From positions 64,001 through 120,433 of IMG/VR virus record IMGVR_UViG_3300025467_000526: DNA of 56,433 nucleotides; one strand, given 5' to 3'. This document shows positions 27,635-36,798 of the stretch, in pieces (the stretch's first letter is position 1; each line of letters starts with the position of its first letter). The stretch is from a virus. Lineage: Duplodnaviria > Heunggongvirae > Uroviricota > Caudoviricetes. A model generated the notes under the pieces. The model worked only from the letters and a program-made list of their open reading frames with translations. It was not told the origin of the DNA and made no database searches. Made by a program: the position numbers and the translations under genes.

Positions 27635-27655
27635 TCACAAAAACCTATATAATAA
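27626..27655 (+). promoter_or_regulatory. Sigma70 promoter of clamp-dpdA operon
   Basis: TTGACA-16 nt-TATAAT; 15-mer AAACCTATATAATAA shared with folE promoter. Confidence 0.75.
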
Positions 27656-27673
27656 ACAAACATGGAGAATCAT

Positions 27674-28405
27674 ATGAAAGACTTTTTACAAGACCTAGTA
27701 GCACATACACACAGCCTGGGCTTTTTGCCGTTGGTTAGAGTTAGTTCTACTACTAAAGAAACTAAGATAGAATCGATTGCCGAAGATCGTTCGGTTATTG
27801 TTGATGCAAAAACACATAACCCAATCGACCAGTTGGAAGGCGTATTTGGTATGCCGGATCTTAATAAACTAGATTTGCATTTAAAATGCCCAGAATATAA
27901 AGAAGGTGCCGGTATCAGTGTAGTTAAACAAGACCGTAACGGCGAAATTATTCCAACAGGACTACATTTTCAAAATGCATTAGGCGACTTTGAAAATGAT
28001 TATCGTTTTATGAATGAACAGATCATTAACGAAAAATTAAAGAGTGCTAAATTCAAAGGAACTACATGGGATGTTGAATTTGAACCAGCAGTTGCCAGTA
28101 TTCAGAAATTAAAATATCAAGCGGCAGCCCACACAGAAGAAAAAACATTTCAAGTTAAAACTGAAAATGGAAATTTAGTATTTTATTTTGGCGATGCTAA
28201 TACACACGCAGGTAGCTTTATATTCCAATCAGGTGTTACTGGTAAATTAAAACAAATGTGGGCATGGCCTGTGAACGCTGTACAAGCAATTTTGGCACTA
28301 TCAGGTGACAAGACTATGCGTATTGCAGATGCAGGTGCATTACAAATTACAGTAGATAGCGGTATCGCAGTTTACAATTATATCTTACCAGCACAGAGCA
28401 AATAA
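27674..28405 (+). CDS. Probable sliding clamp (gp45-like)
   Basis: About 245 aa two-domain beta-rich pattern near polB; recalled resemblance to jumbo-phage clamps; start after GGAG SD. Confidence 0.6.
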   Translation: MKDFLQDLVAHTHSLGFLPLVRVSSTTKETKIESIAEDRSVIVDAKTHNPIDQLEGVFGMPDLNKLDLHLKCPEYKEGAGISVVKQDRNGEIIPTGLHFQNALGDFENDYRFMNEQIINEKLKSAKFKGTTWDVEFEPAVASIQKLKYQAAAHTEEKTFQVKTENGNLVFYFGDANTHAGSFIFQSGVTGKLKQMWAWPVNAVQAILALSGDKTMRIADAGALQITVDSGIAVYNYILPAQSK

Positions 28406-28406
28406 T

Positions 28407-28760
28407 ATGACACAGGATCAAATACTGCTAGCATGCGGTGTATGGCTAATACTAATGGTTATTAGCTATACACATAGCGGTTGGCACAATATGCGTGACT
28501 GCTATATGATGTGGTTTACAAAAGAGTATTGGACTGCTTATAATACAGTCGAGTTTATCAGCTGGTTAGCTAAGGCAATTATTATTATTCCTGGATTAAT
28601 TTTTGGTATTCAAATTTGGGAACTATATTATTTGACCTTATTAACCAGTGTAACCCTTATTTGGGCCAGCCGTAAAAAGGCATTGCCAACACTTGTAGGT
28701 TTTAATACCATGTGGGCTTGGTTAAGTCTTATGGTTCTAGCACAACATTGGATAAAATGA
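28407..28760 (+). CDS. Small multi-pass membrane protein
   Basis: About four hydrophobic segments; stop overlaps dpdA-like start (ATGA). Confidence 0.75.
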   Translation: MTQDQILLACGVWLILMVISYTHSGWHNMRDCYMMWFTKEYWTAYNTVEFISWLAKAIIIIPGLIFGIQIWELYYLTLLTSVTLIWASRKKALPTLVGFNTMWAWLSLMVLAQHWIK

Positions 28761-30460
28761 ATAAAAATTTAACAGCTACTCAGAATGATTATGCGTACTT
28801 CCTGCCGGCAACGTCGGGATTCTTTAGTACATACATAGGTAAACAACGGTATGGCAACTATGTTGATCCTGCACGTATTCCTGCTAGCTTTGGACCCATG
28901 GGGGTTGAAGCAATGAACTATCTAAATCCCAAAGCGGCATTTTACTTTGACCATTGTTTGTACTCAGCTGGACATGCTAATTTAGATTTGACTAAACCTG
29001 ATCCAAGCGAAGATATGTTTCGCAATAGAGATCGTAGTACTAGTTGGGTACTAGGAGATTCAGGCGGATTCCAAATTGGTAAAGGTGTGTGGGCCGGTGA
29101 ATGGCGAGATCCGCTTGGACCAGAAGTTGCGGCCAAATGGATAGAAGTTAATGCAAAAGGTGTTGAGCTCGTTCCACAACTAGATGCCACAGGTAATCCT
29201 AAATTAGACAAGAATGGAAATCCTAAAATGTCTAAAATTGATCATCCAAAATTGTATCAAGCACAGTTAGATGCGGCACAAAAGAAACGTGAACAAGTTC
29301 TTGCTTGGATGGACGCCTTAATGGATTATGGCATGGTACTTGATATTCCTGCATGGGTTGAACGTAGTCCTGTTGGACGTGCGGCCACTGGTATTGAAAG
29401 TTATCAACAGGCTGTAGCGGCAACCAAGTATAACAATGAATATTTCATTAAACATCGCACAGGTGCTTGTAAATTCTTAAATGTATTACAAGGTGAAAAT
29501 CACGCACAGGCAGAAGACTGGTATCAACAAATGAAAGACTTTTGCGATCCTAAGAAATATGACAAACCATTTAATGGTTGGGCTATGGGCGGACAAAATA
29601 TGTGCGATATTCACTTGACGTTAAAACGTCTAGTGGCGTTACGCTTTGATGGACTTCTTGAAAAAGGACATCAGGACTGGATGCATTTCTTGGGCACCAG
29701 TAAGTTAGAGTGGGCATTAATTTTAACCGACATACAACGTGCTATAAGGAAATATCATAATGAAAACTTTACCATCTCTTTTGATTGCGCCTCGCCGTTC
29801 CTTGCAACAGCAAATGGACAAATCTATGTCCAAACAGAAATTACCGATAGAGAAAAATGGCTCTACCGCATGTTGCCGTCTCTTGATGACAAAAAGTACG
29901 CTCAAGACACAAGACTCTTCCAAGACGTAGTAGTACAAGACGGACATTTTGATAGTTTTACCACAAGCCCTATCATGGATGGTGTCAAAGTTAACGAAAT
30001 TTGTATCTATGGTCCAAATGATATGAATAAAATTGGTAAGATTGGCAAGACTAGTTGGGATAGTTTTACCTATGCTATCATGATGGGACATAATGTTTGG
30101 ATGCATATCAATGCTGTACAGGAAGCCAATCGTCAATATGATGCAGGTAAGTGTCCGACTATGCTGGTACAAGAAAAATTTGATAGGCTTTATGCTAAAG
30201 ATGTAATCGAAGCTATATTTGCTACAGATGATCGAGATACTGCCAACGCTATTATTGATGAATTTAGTAAATTTTGGATGGCTATTCCCGGAACACGTGG
30301 CTATACTGGTAAAAAGACAGTTAATGCTACTACCAAATATTTCGAATTGTTTGACGAAGTAGACGCAACGAGTGTACAATTAGAAGATGAACCAGACTTT
30401 TCTGAAGAAGTTAGTGACAAACTTGACGAACTCGAGGCCAGTGTACATGACATTACCTGA
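28757..30460 (+). CDS. dpdA: TGT-fold guanine transglycosylase, DpdA-like (DNA 7-deazaguanine insertion)
   Basis: TGT motifs in order: GDSGGFQ, VLDIP, VLQG, GWAMGG, HFLG, SFDCAS, GHN; lacks the CxCxxC zinc site of tRNA Tgt; clustered with folE/queE. Confidence 0.78.
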   Translation: MNKNLTATQNDYAYFLPATSGFFSTYIGKQRYGNYVDPARIPASFGPMGVEAMNYLNPKAAFYFDHCLYSAGHANLDLTKPDPSEDMFRNRDRSTSWVLGDSGGFQIGKGVWAGEWRDPLGPEVAAKWIEVNAKGVELVPQLDATGNPKLDKNGNPKMSKIDHPKLYQAQLDAAQKKREQVLAWMDALMDYGMVLDIPAWVERSPVGRAATGIESYQQAVAATKYNNEYFIKHRTGACKFLNVLQGENHAQAEDWYQQMKDFCDPKKYDKPFNGWAMGGQNMCDIHLTLKRLVALRFDGLLEKGHQDWMHFLGTSKLEWALILTDIQRAIRKYHNENFTISFDCASPFLATANGQIYVQTEITDREKWLYRMLPSLDDKKYAQDTRLFQDVVVQDGHFDSFTTSPIMDGVKVNEICIYGPNDMNKIGKIGKTSWDSFTYAIMMGHNVWMHINAVQEANRQYDAGKCPTMLVQEKFDRLYAKDVIEAIFATDDRDTANAIIDEFSKFWMAIPGTRGYTGKKTVNATTKYFELFDEVDATSVQLEDEPDFSEEVSDKLDELEASVHDIT

Positions 30461-30707
30461 TGAACGCTTTAGAAGTATACAGCGAACAGAAGAATTTTTA
30501 CAGGATTTAATGAATCCTCAAAAGACTCCACGTATTCCAAAAGAAGTACGTGAGCAAGCTCGTTGGTGTTTGCGTCATTATCCTAGCTATCATAATTTAA
30601 AAGAAATCGAACGTGCGGCTCCAGAAGTTATAACCGAACGGATGGAAGATGTACAACGTATGATTAAGTATTGGGAAGAAGGGAAGAAGTTTACAAATGA
30701 AAACTAG
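30447..30707 (+). CDS. BPSL0761-like small protein
   Basis: MTLPDERFRS...TPRIPKEVREQARWCLRHYP (family recalled from memory). Confidence 0.65.
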   Translation: MTLPDERFRSIQRTEEFLQDLMNPQKTPRIPKEVREQARWCLRHYPSYHNLKEIERAAPEVITERMEDVQRMIKYWEEGKKFTNEN

Positions 30708-31578
30708 TCTTGTTGTAGGCATGGGTATTGGCAATCTATATGCTACCGTATTAGGTAAACTTGGTCACGGTATTGTTACTGTAGATAGCGATCCTGCTAA
30801 AGGTGCAGACTTTTTAACAGTGGATGCGGCTATTGTAGCATGTCATATGTTTGATACAGTACATATTTGTACTCCTAATTTTACACACTTTGATATTGCT
30901 ACTAAGGTTGCTAAATGTTCTAGTATGGTGTTTATCGAAAAACCTGGCGTCAGCACTAGTAATATATGGTATACCTTAGTTAAGACATTTCCAAGTACAC
31001 GCTTTATGATGGTTAAAAACAATATGTGGCGTAGTAATATTACCGAATTATCAGAATCAGCAAGGCGAGCTAAGTCCGTAAATATCGAATGGACACGTAA
31101 GAACTGTATACCTAGTCCCGGCAGTTGGTTTACTACACGCAAACTGGCTTTTGGCGGAGTTAGTCGAGACTTAATGCCTCACTTGCTAAGTCTATATATT
31201 GCTATGAATCCTGATTGGCGCAAGGATCAAGTAAATGGTCGAGGCGCACAGATGATGTGGGAACTAAAAGACATAGATAGTACAGAGTATGGCGTTGTTA
31301 ATCCGAATGGCACATACGATGTGGATGACAAGTGTAATATAAACTTTGGTAATAAATGGCATTGTAGTGCTAATTGGCGAAGTATGGACTATGAAAATAG
31401 TGCCATAGAGTTTATAATGCAAGATAACACAGTAGAACGTTTTGATTTAGGTTGGTGTCCGGAAGATGCTTACCTAAATATGATTAAAGATGCTGTTGAA
31501 AACCTAAATAACGATAACTTCTGGCAAAAACAACTAGAACAAGATATATGGATACACAAACAAATCGAAGTTTTATGA
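30697..31578 (+). CDS. Gfo/Idh/MocA-family oxidoreductase
   Basis: VVGMGIG, HICTPNFTH, FIEKPG, GGVSRDLMPH. Confidence 0.85.
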   Translation: MKTSLVVGMGIGNLYATVLGKLGHGIVTVDSDPAKGADFLTVDAAIVACHMFDTVHICTPNFTHFDIATKVAKCSSMVFIEKPGVSTSNIWYTLVKTFPSTRFMMVKNNMWRSNITELSESARRAKSVNIEWTRKNCIPSPGSWFTTRKLAFGGVSRDLMPHLLSLYIAMNPDWRKDQVNGRGAQMMWELKDIDSTEYGVVNPNGTYDVDDKCNINFGNKWHCSANWRSMDYENSAIEFIMQDNTVERFDLGWCPEDAYLNMIKDAVENLNNDNFWQKQLEQDIWIHKQIEVL

Positions 31579-32480
31579 TGGTTAAATGTTTACAAACTGT
31601 CGGCGACGGTGTATTCAAAGAAGTAGATTATGCCAAAAACGATATAGCATTTAACGAAATTGAAGTTAAAGCAGTTATGACTGGTGTTTGTCGCAGTGAC
31701 ATCGACATGATGATGGGCGATTTCGGGCCACTACCATTGCACATGCAAGGGCACGAAGGTATCGGTCAAGTGACTAATATTGGTTCTCAAGTACGAACAG
31801 TTAATATCGGTGACTTTGTTGCTACACGTGGTGAACCGGCCTATGCCGACTACTACAATGTTAAAGAAGATGAATATGTTAAAATTCCCGAAGCACATCC
31901 TCGTTACATTTTAGAACCTGTAGCTTGTGGCATTAATCTTATTAATCAATCTAAGACGTATTTCCAGGACAAGCAAGGCAGAAATGAAAATAACAGAGTA
32001 CTAATTATTGGCAGTGGGTTTCTTGCCTGGGTAGCTTATCATACACTACGGCTAAATGGTTATATCTTCCACGTGGATGTGCTAGGACATAGTAATCGAG
32101 CCCTATGGAAGGATAAACTATTGTCCAGTACTATTGAAAACTATGATATTGTTATCGATCTAAGTGGTAACTATGAGCTAGGTACACAGATTAACCTAAA
32201 TAACAATGCGGTCATTATCGACGGAGTTGGCAAGGCTGTTAGCAAACAAGAAGCACAGGCTCAACTTTGGAAGGCTGTTACTACCATCAAACCAAGTCCA
32301 CGCAATCCAGAATTTATAGATTGTATGCATATGGCAAAATATTGGATTGAAAAAGGCTACTTAGAGGTTGATTCTTTTTGGACAAGATGTTACAATCGTA
32401 CTACAGAATGGCAACAAGCGTTTGCGGACGGCGTTAATCGTCCGAAGGGTTACAGCAGAGGTTATATCAAATGGGATTAA
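31575..32480 (+). CDS. Zn-dependent MDR (alcohol/polyol dehydrogenase-like) oxidoreductase
   Basis: GVCRSD, GHEG.G.V, GDFV, LEPVAC, IIGSG; structural-Zn Cys loop absent. Confidence 0.85.
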   Translation: MMVKCLQTVGDGVFKEVDYAKNDIAFNEIEVKAVMTGVCRSDIDMMMGDFGPLPLHMQGHEGIGQVTNIGSQVRTVNIGDFVATRGEPAYADYYNVKEDEYVKIPEAHPRYILEPVACGINLINQSKTYFQDKQGRNENNRVLIIGSGFLAWVAYHTLRLNGYIFHVDVLGHSNRALWKDKLLSSTIENYDIVIDLSGNYELGTQINLNNNAVIIDGVGKAVSKQEAQAQLWKAVTTIKPSPRNPEFIDCMHMAKYWIEKGYLEVDSFWTRCYNRTTEWQQAFADGVNRPKGYSRGYIKWD

Positions 32481-33010
32481 ACACAGAAGAACGACAAGGT
32501 GTCGTTTACTTTACAGGTTATGAAGTAGAGCATACTATTTGTCATGGCATGTTTACATTATTTGTTGTAGGCACGCCACCTGTAGAAGATATCCTGCGTA
32601 TTGCCGATGACAGTCAAGCAATGTTAGATGAATCTAAACGTATCAAGCATATCTATTTTGGTACTAGCCAAAGTTTTAATCCTAAAGCAATTAGCCACGA
32701 AGAATATCGAGCGTGGGATAATGTTATTATTCCATGTTTAAAGAAAGACTACTGGGTGACTTTAGATTTTGATGTCAGTCACTCTGAAGGTGTACTTGAA
32801 TCTGGATACAGTGAATATCCGAGATTCGTACCTATGATTAGTGTTAAGTTACCTTACATTAATCAACACAACTATAACGCCACACTTAAACTGGATGATC
32901 GCACTTGGGGTGCTACAAATCCAGGTGTGTGGACACATCAACTACATGATCTAATGAGTATGGACAAATATACTCACTGGGATCAGTATACACAAGACAC
33001 ATCATTATGA
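32471..33010 (+). CDS. Conserved hypothetical protein in modification locus (179 aa)
   Basis: EVEHT, TLFVVG, HIYFG, LKLDD..WGATNPGVWTH; overlaps both neighbours. Confidence 0.75.
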   Translation: MGLNTEERQGVVYFTGYEVEHTICHGMFTLFVVGTPPVEDILRIADDSQAMLDESKRIKHIYFGTSQSFNPKAISHEEYRAWDNVIIPCLKKDYWVTLDFDVSHSEGVLESGYSEYPRFVPMISVKLPYINQHNYNATLKLDDRTWGATNPGVWTHQLHDLMSMDKYTHWDQYTQDTSL

Positions 33011-33609
33011 ATACACAAATTCGACAACTTATAGAACAGCAGATTTGTCAACCATTAGTCGGACTTATAGTTCCAACTAACCAAGGAGGAAAAGCTGGTC
33101 GCCATGTTGAACTTATACTACGAAATATGGGCGTTCCTATCCAACCCGGAGAAGGTGCCGATTTTACGTTAGTACTTAATTTATTTAATATTACATACTA
33201 TGTAGAAGTTAAGACTAGAGATGTATCTGCTACAAGTCCTCATACTATTGGAACTATACATCCTTCAAAAGTTGCCAATACATTATATGAAGATTCAAGC
33301 ATTTGGCAAAAATTACAATATCAGATAAGAGTTACTACAGAAAATTTTAAAATTATCAAAGCTGAATTATTTGATTTTACAGTTCCACATATTCAACAAA
33401 AATTTAAAGAAGCATTTATTCACGGAAAAGATCAAATTGTTTCTAACACAGCCTTAAGTTGTACACATGTCAAAGGTCATTGGGGATATTTTGAAAAATG
33501 TAATTCTAGATCCGATAGTTTTTACTTTAGATTAAGTAAAGATGATATGCCAGCAATAGAAAGAATGTCCCGTTCAAATTATCAAAACCTTTTTGAGGAA
33601 ACTATATGA
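33007..33609 (+). CDS. PD-(D/E)xK restriction-endonuclease-like protein
   Basis: E..L....GEGADF...VEVKT catalytic pattern; AT-richer than flanks. Confidence 0.6.
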   Translation: MNTQIRQLIEQQICQPLVGLIVPTNQGGKAGRHVELILRNMGVPIQPGEGADFTLVLNLFNITYYVEVKTRDVSATSPHTIGTIHPSKVANTLYEDSSIWQKLQYQIRVTTENFKIIKAELFDFTVPHIQQKFKEAFIHGKDQIVSNTALSCTHVKGHWGYFEKCNSRSDSFYFRLSKDDMPAIERMSRSNYQNLFEETI

Positions 33610-34004
33610 CACAAAGTACACTACGTCAAGACTGGCGACCAAACAAGATGATCTGGGTCACCTTCCAAAAAGAAGGCATCCATGCTTATCCAGCGGCCGC
33701 AACTGATCCAAACTTAGCAACAGGAGATGAATATGATGTATCGTTTTTGGCTACTCCTCATCGTCATATATTCCATTTTCGTGTTTGGCTTTCAGTTACC
33801 CACAACGACCGTGATGTCGAATTCATCCAGTTCAAACGCTGGTTGGAAAATTTATACAAAGACAGTATACTAAAACTGGATTATAAAAGTTGCGAGATGA
33901 TGTCAGACGATTTGTATGACATGATTTCACAAAAGTATCCAAGCCGTGAGGTTTGGATTGAGGTCTCCGAAGACGGAGAAAATGGTTCATTTATTAAATA
34001 TTAA
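33606..34004 (+). CDS. QueD-like T-fold protein, DpdL-type (predicted CDG decarboxylase)
   Basis: EGIH, LATPHRHIF (LxxxHRHxF), EFIQFKR, SCEMM; no QueD catalytic Cys before HxH. Confidence 0.7.
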   Translation: MTQSTLRQDWRPNKMIWVTFQKEGIHAYPAAATDPNLATGDEYDVSFLATPHRHIFHFRVWLSVTHNDRDVEFIQFKRWLENLYKDSILKLDYKSCEMMSDDLYDMISQKYPSREVWIEVSEDGENGSFIKY

Positions 34005-34015
34005 GGAAAGCTATA

Positions 34016-34273
34016 ATGGCTAAGAATTACAAGGACTTTAGTTATTTCGAAACACGTCCCGATATTGTTAAATTATTTGATGATCTCGAGGCATTCCATG
34101 ATTGGTGCCGTACAGAACTCTGCGAGTTTAACGAAGCTCACCTCTACAACAGAGAAAGCTGGCAGTGGCGTAACTTCGACAAGACACGTCGTCCTAAGAA
34201 GCCTTTCACAGGCGAACGTAAACCTTATCTAGGTAAAAATCCGAGATACAATAATGACCGTATTTCTAATTGA
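34016..34273 (+). CDS. Hypothetical protein (85 aa, basic C-tail)
   Basis: SD AAGGA, overlaps next gene. Confidence 0.7.
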   Translation: MAKNYKDFSYFETRPDIVKLFDDLEAFHDWCRTELCEFNEAHLYNRESWQWRNFDKTRRPKKPFTGERKPYLGKNPRYNNDRISN

Positions 34274-35354
34274 TTTAGAAGCTGTTGAAACTAGGTACAC
34301 GGGTCAATGGAAGACTCATGTACCTGCTCTCTTACGAAAGGCAGGACACAATGTTCAAATTATATCTGGGCCTACGGATATTCCTACAGCCACTACTCCT
34401 GGTGCTTTTCTTAATTTTGGCGGCACCAATATATATAAGTCTCGACAAGTGGAACAAATGGGGCGTCTATTTTGCTCCGGATCAGTTCAGCCTGGCGATC
34501 ATTTCATCTTCACTGATGCTTGGCACCCTGGTATCATAAACTTAAAGTATATGAGTGAGTTGTTGCAAATTCCTGTAACAACACACGGCCTATGGCATGC
34601 TGGCAGTTATGATCCTCAAGATTTCTTAGGACGTCTAGTCGGTGCTAAACCTTGGGTTAGACACGCTGAACAAAGTTTTTATCATGCGTTTGATCATAAT
34701 TACTTTGCTACTAAATTTCATATGGAATTATTCTTTAGAGAATTACTCAACGGAGGATTTCAAAATGAAAATCCTTGGTATGAAGAAGATTTAGCCGAAG
34801 TATTAGACAGTAAATTTCCCAAGATGCAACAAACAGGGTGGCCGATGGAGTATATGGAAGATATACTACTCATGTATAAGAACATGCCCAAGCGTAATCT
34901 AATTCTTTTCCCTCATCGCATCGCACCCGAGAAGCAAGTTGAGATTTTCAGAGACTTAGCTACGCATTTACCGCAGTATGAATTTGTAGTGTGTCAGGAT
35001 CAACAGCTAACAAAAAATGAATATCATAACTTGTTAGGCGAAGCAAAGATGGTGTTTAGTGCTAACTTACAAGAAACACTAGGCATTAGTTGCTATGAAG
35101 GTGCGGTAGTTGATGCTATTCCGCTAGTACCCGATAGACTTAGTTACAGCGAAATGTATTATGAAGGATTTAAATATCCAAGCAAATGGACAGAAGATTT
35201 TAATGCTTATACTGTATATCGTCCCGATCTGTGTCGTAAGATTATAGAGTTAATGGACAATCATACACGCATGATTCCCACTGTTCGAAAACAAACAAAG
35301 GACTTACATGACAACTTCTTCAGTGCTAACAAACTCCTTCAATTGGTCAAGTGA
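34254..35354 (+). CDS. GT-B (GT4-like) glycosyltransferase
   Basis: FPHRIAPEKQ, ExxxxxxxE motif ETLGISCYE, PLVPDRLSY. Confidence 0.85.
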   Translation: MTVFLIDLEAVETRYTGQWKTHVPALLRKAGHNVQIISGPTDIPTATTPGAFLNFGGTNIYKSRQVEQMGRLFCSGSVQPGDHFIFTDAWHPGIINLKYMSELLQIPVTTHGLWHAGSYDPQDFLGRLVGAKPWVRHAEQSFYHAFDHNYFATKFHMELFFRELLNGGFQNENPWYEEDLAEVLDSKFPKMQQTGWPMEYMEDILLMYKNMPKRNLILFPHRIAPEKQVEIFRDLATHLPQYEFVVCQDQQLTKNEYHNLLGEAKMVFSANLQETLGISCYEGAVVDAIPLVPDRLSYSEMYYEGFKYPSKWTEDFNAYTVYRPDLCRKIIELMDNHTRMIPTVRKQTKDLHDNFFSANKLLQLVK

Positions 35355-35742
35355 TTCTGTTGGTATAACAGCTCAAGAAATACAACCGTTAACGTCTGAT
35401 CAAATATCTGCCCTAAGTAATATTACTATTAATAGTACTACAGGGTCTAGTTATTACTATACAGGTGCAGGAATATCGAGTGGTAATGCTTTTACCATTA
35501 GTAGTACTGGTGCTGTTTCAGGTACTATCGGTTCGGGTCCTACTATTACTCTTACAGGTTCAGCAGGCTACGAATATAAGATGCCTATAGAATTTGTAGA
35601 TACATTGCCCGATATAAGTAGAATACAAAAAATGTGCGATGAATATCCTGGATTAAAAATAGCATTTGAAAAATTTAAAACAACTTATCAACTAGTGAAA
35701 GACCATTATGATACTCCAGAAGATCAAAGACCTCGTCCTTAA
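35308..35742 (+). CDS. Hypothetical protein, Ser/Thr-rich N-part and YPGLK helical C-part
   Basis: ORF; similar architecture to 36177-36569. Confidence 0.65.
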   Translation: MTTSSVLTNSFNWSSDSVGITAQEIQPLTSDQISALSNITINSTTGSSYYYTGAGISSGNAFTISSTGAVSGTIGSGPTITLTGSAGYEYKMPIEFVDTLPDISRIQKMCDEYPGLKIAFEKFKTTYQLVKDHYDTPEDQRPRP

Positions 35743-36199
35743 TTGGCTTGAACGCCATGACCGTAAACGCATCATTATGGATCGTGCAGAGAACGAACCA
35801 TATCTCGAACGTTACTATGTTCTATTCAAAGAACGTGTAACATTCCCTTACAACGTATTTTTACACAAGTTCTTAAAATCAGATCCAGATGATGTTCATG
35901 ATCATCCTTGGAACTATTTTACTATTATTCTTGCTGGCGGCTACTATGAGTGGATCGCTCAATTTAACGAAGATGGTACAAAGAACTGTGAAGTAAGAGT
36001 ATGGCGTGGCCCCGGCAGTTTCCGTTTTGGTAACACACATACCTTCCATCGTATTGAATTAAAAGAAGGCGTTACTCCATGGACATTGTTCTTTGTGGGC
36101 AAACGCCAACGCGAGTGGGGATTTATTGTAGAAAATAAATGGATCCACTTTGAAAAATATTTAAGTGATAGAAAGAATGGCCTACTTCCCAACAATTAA
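35708..36199 (+). CDS. Cupin-fold protein
   Basis: HKFLKSD.DDVHDHPW and HRIEL cupin motifs. Confidence 0.75.
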   Translation: MILQKIKDLVLNWLERHDRKRIIMDRAENEPYLERYYVLFKERVTFPYNVFLHKFLKSDPDDVHDHPWNYFTIILAGGYYEWIAQFNEDGTKNCEVRVWRGPGSFRFGNTHTFHRIELKEGVTPWTLFFVGKRQREWGFIVENKWIHFEKYLSDRKNGLLPNN

Positions 36200-36569
36200 T
36201 ACAACTGCTACTTCAGTATATACTAATGGTACCAGCACAGCTACTATACCAAATGGTGGTTATTTAACGTCGACTGGAACTAACACTGTCTGGACTACTG
36301 GTACTAGTGTTGCCAATCCTTATGATGCCGCACTGACAATCAGTCAATCCAACCCGCCTACATTAGATGTCAAAGGTAATCTTGTAATAAATGGCCGCGA
36401 TCTGGAAGAACGGCTAAAGACAATTGAAAAAGTCTTGCAAATTCCAGAAAGAGATGTTACACTAGAACGTAAACATCCAAAGCTAAAGAAGTTATATGAT
36501 GACTACATCAATGCTTTGGGCAAATATAGAACATTTGAAGCAATTAAAGGAGATGAAGATGCAAGTTGA
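36177..36569 (+). CDS. Hypothetical protein, Thr-rich N-part and HPKLK helical C-part
   Basis: ORF; likely start ATG 36177. Confidence 0.65.
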   Translation: MAYFPTINTTATSVYTNGTSTATIPNGGYLTSTGTNTVWTTGTSVANPYDAALTISQSNPPTLDVKGNLVINGRDLEERLKTIEKVLQIPERDVTLERKHPKLKKLYDDYINALGKYRTFEAIKGDEDAS

Positions 36570-36798
36570 ACAATTACACGAATCAATTAAAGATACCTAC
36601 AAAGAAATAGTTATCAAAGAACAAGAAGGTTTTCGACTTGTGTTAAAGAAACACGAAGTACTTGCTCCAAAAGGTTTGTTTGCTCTTGATTTAGAACAGC
36701 AACATTTAAAAGATGGCGAAGTTGTTGACTCACAAACATATAATTTCTTTATGACTAAGGAAGAATGCCAAACATTGGCAAGTGGCCTAACAGCATGA
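36559..36798 (+). CDS. Hypothetical protein
   Basis: AGGAG SD before ATG 36559. Confidence 0.65.
   Translation: MQVEQLHESIKDTYKEIVIKEQEGFRLVLKKHEVLAPKGLFALDLEQQHLKDGEVVDSQTYNFFMTKEECQTLASGLTA

Noticed and set aside
28757-30460. Canonical tRNA-guanine transglycosylase (tgt)
   Set aside because: No CxCxxC zinc site, much longer and divergent, phage replication context; DpdA-like fits better, though a tRNA substrate is not formally excluded
33606-34004. Ordinary QueD/PTPS
   Set aside because: Lacks the catalytic Cys before HxH; motif is LxxxHRHxF
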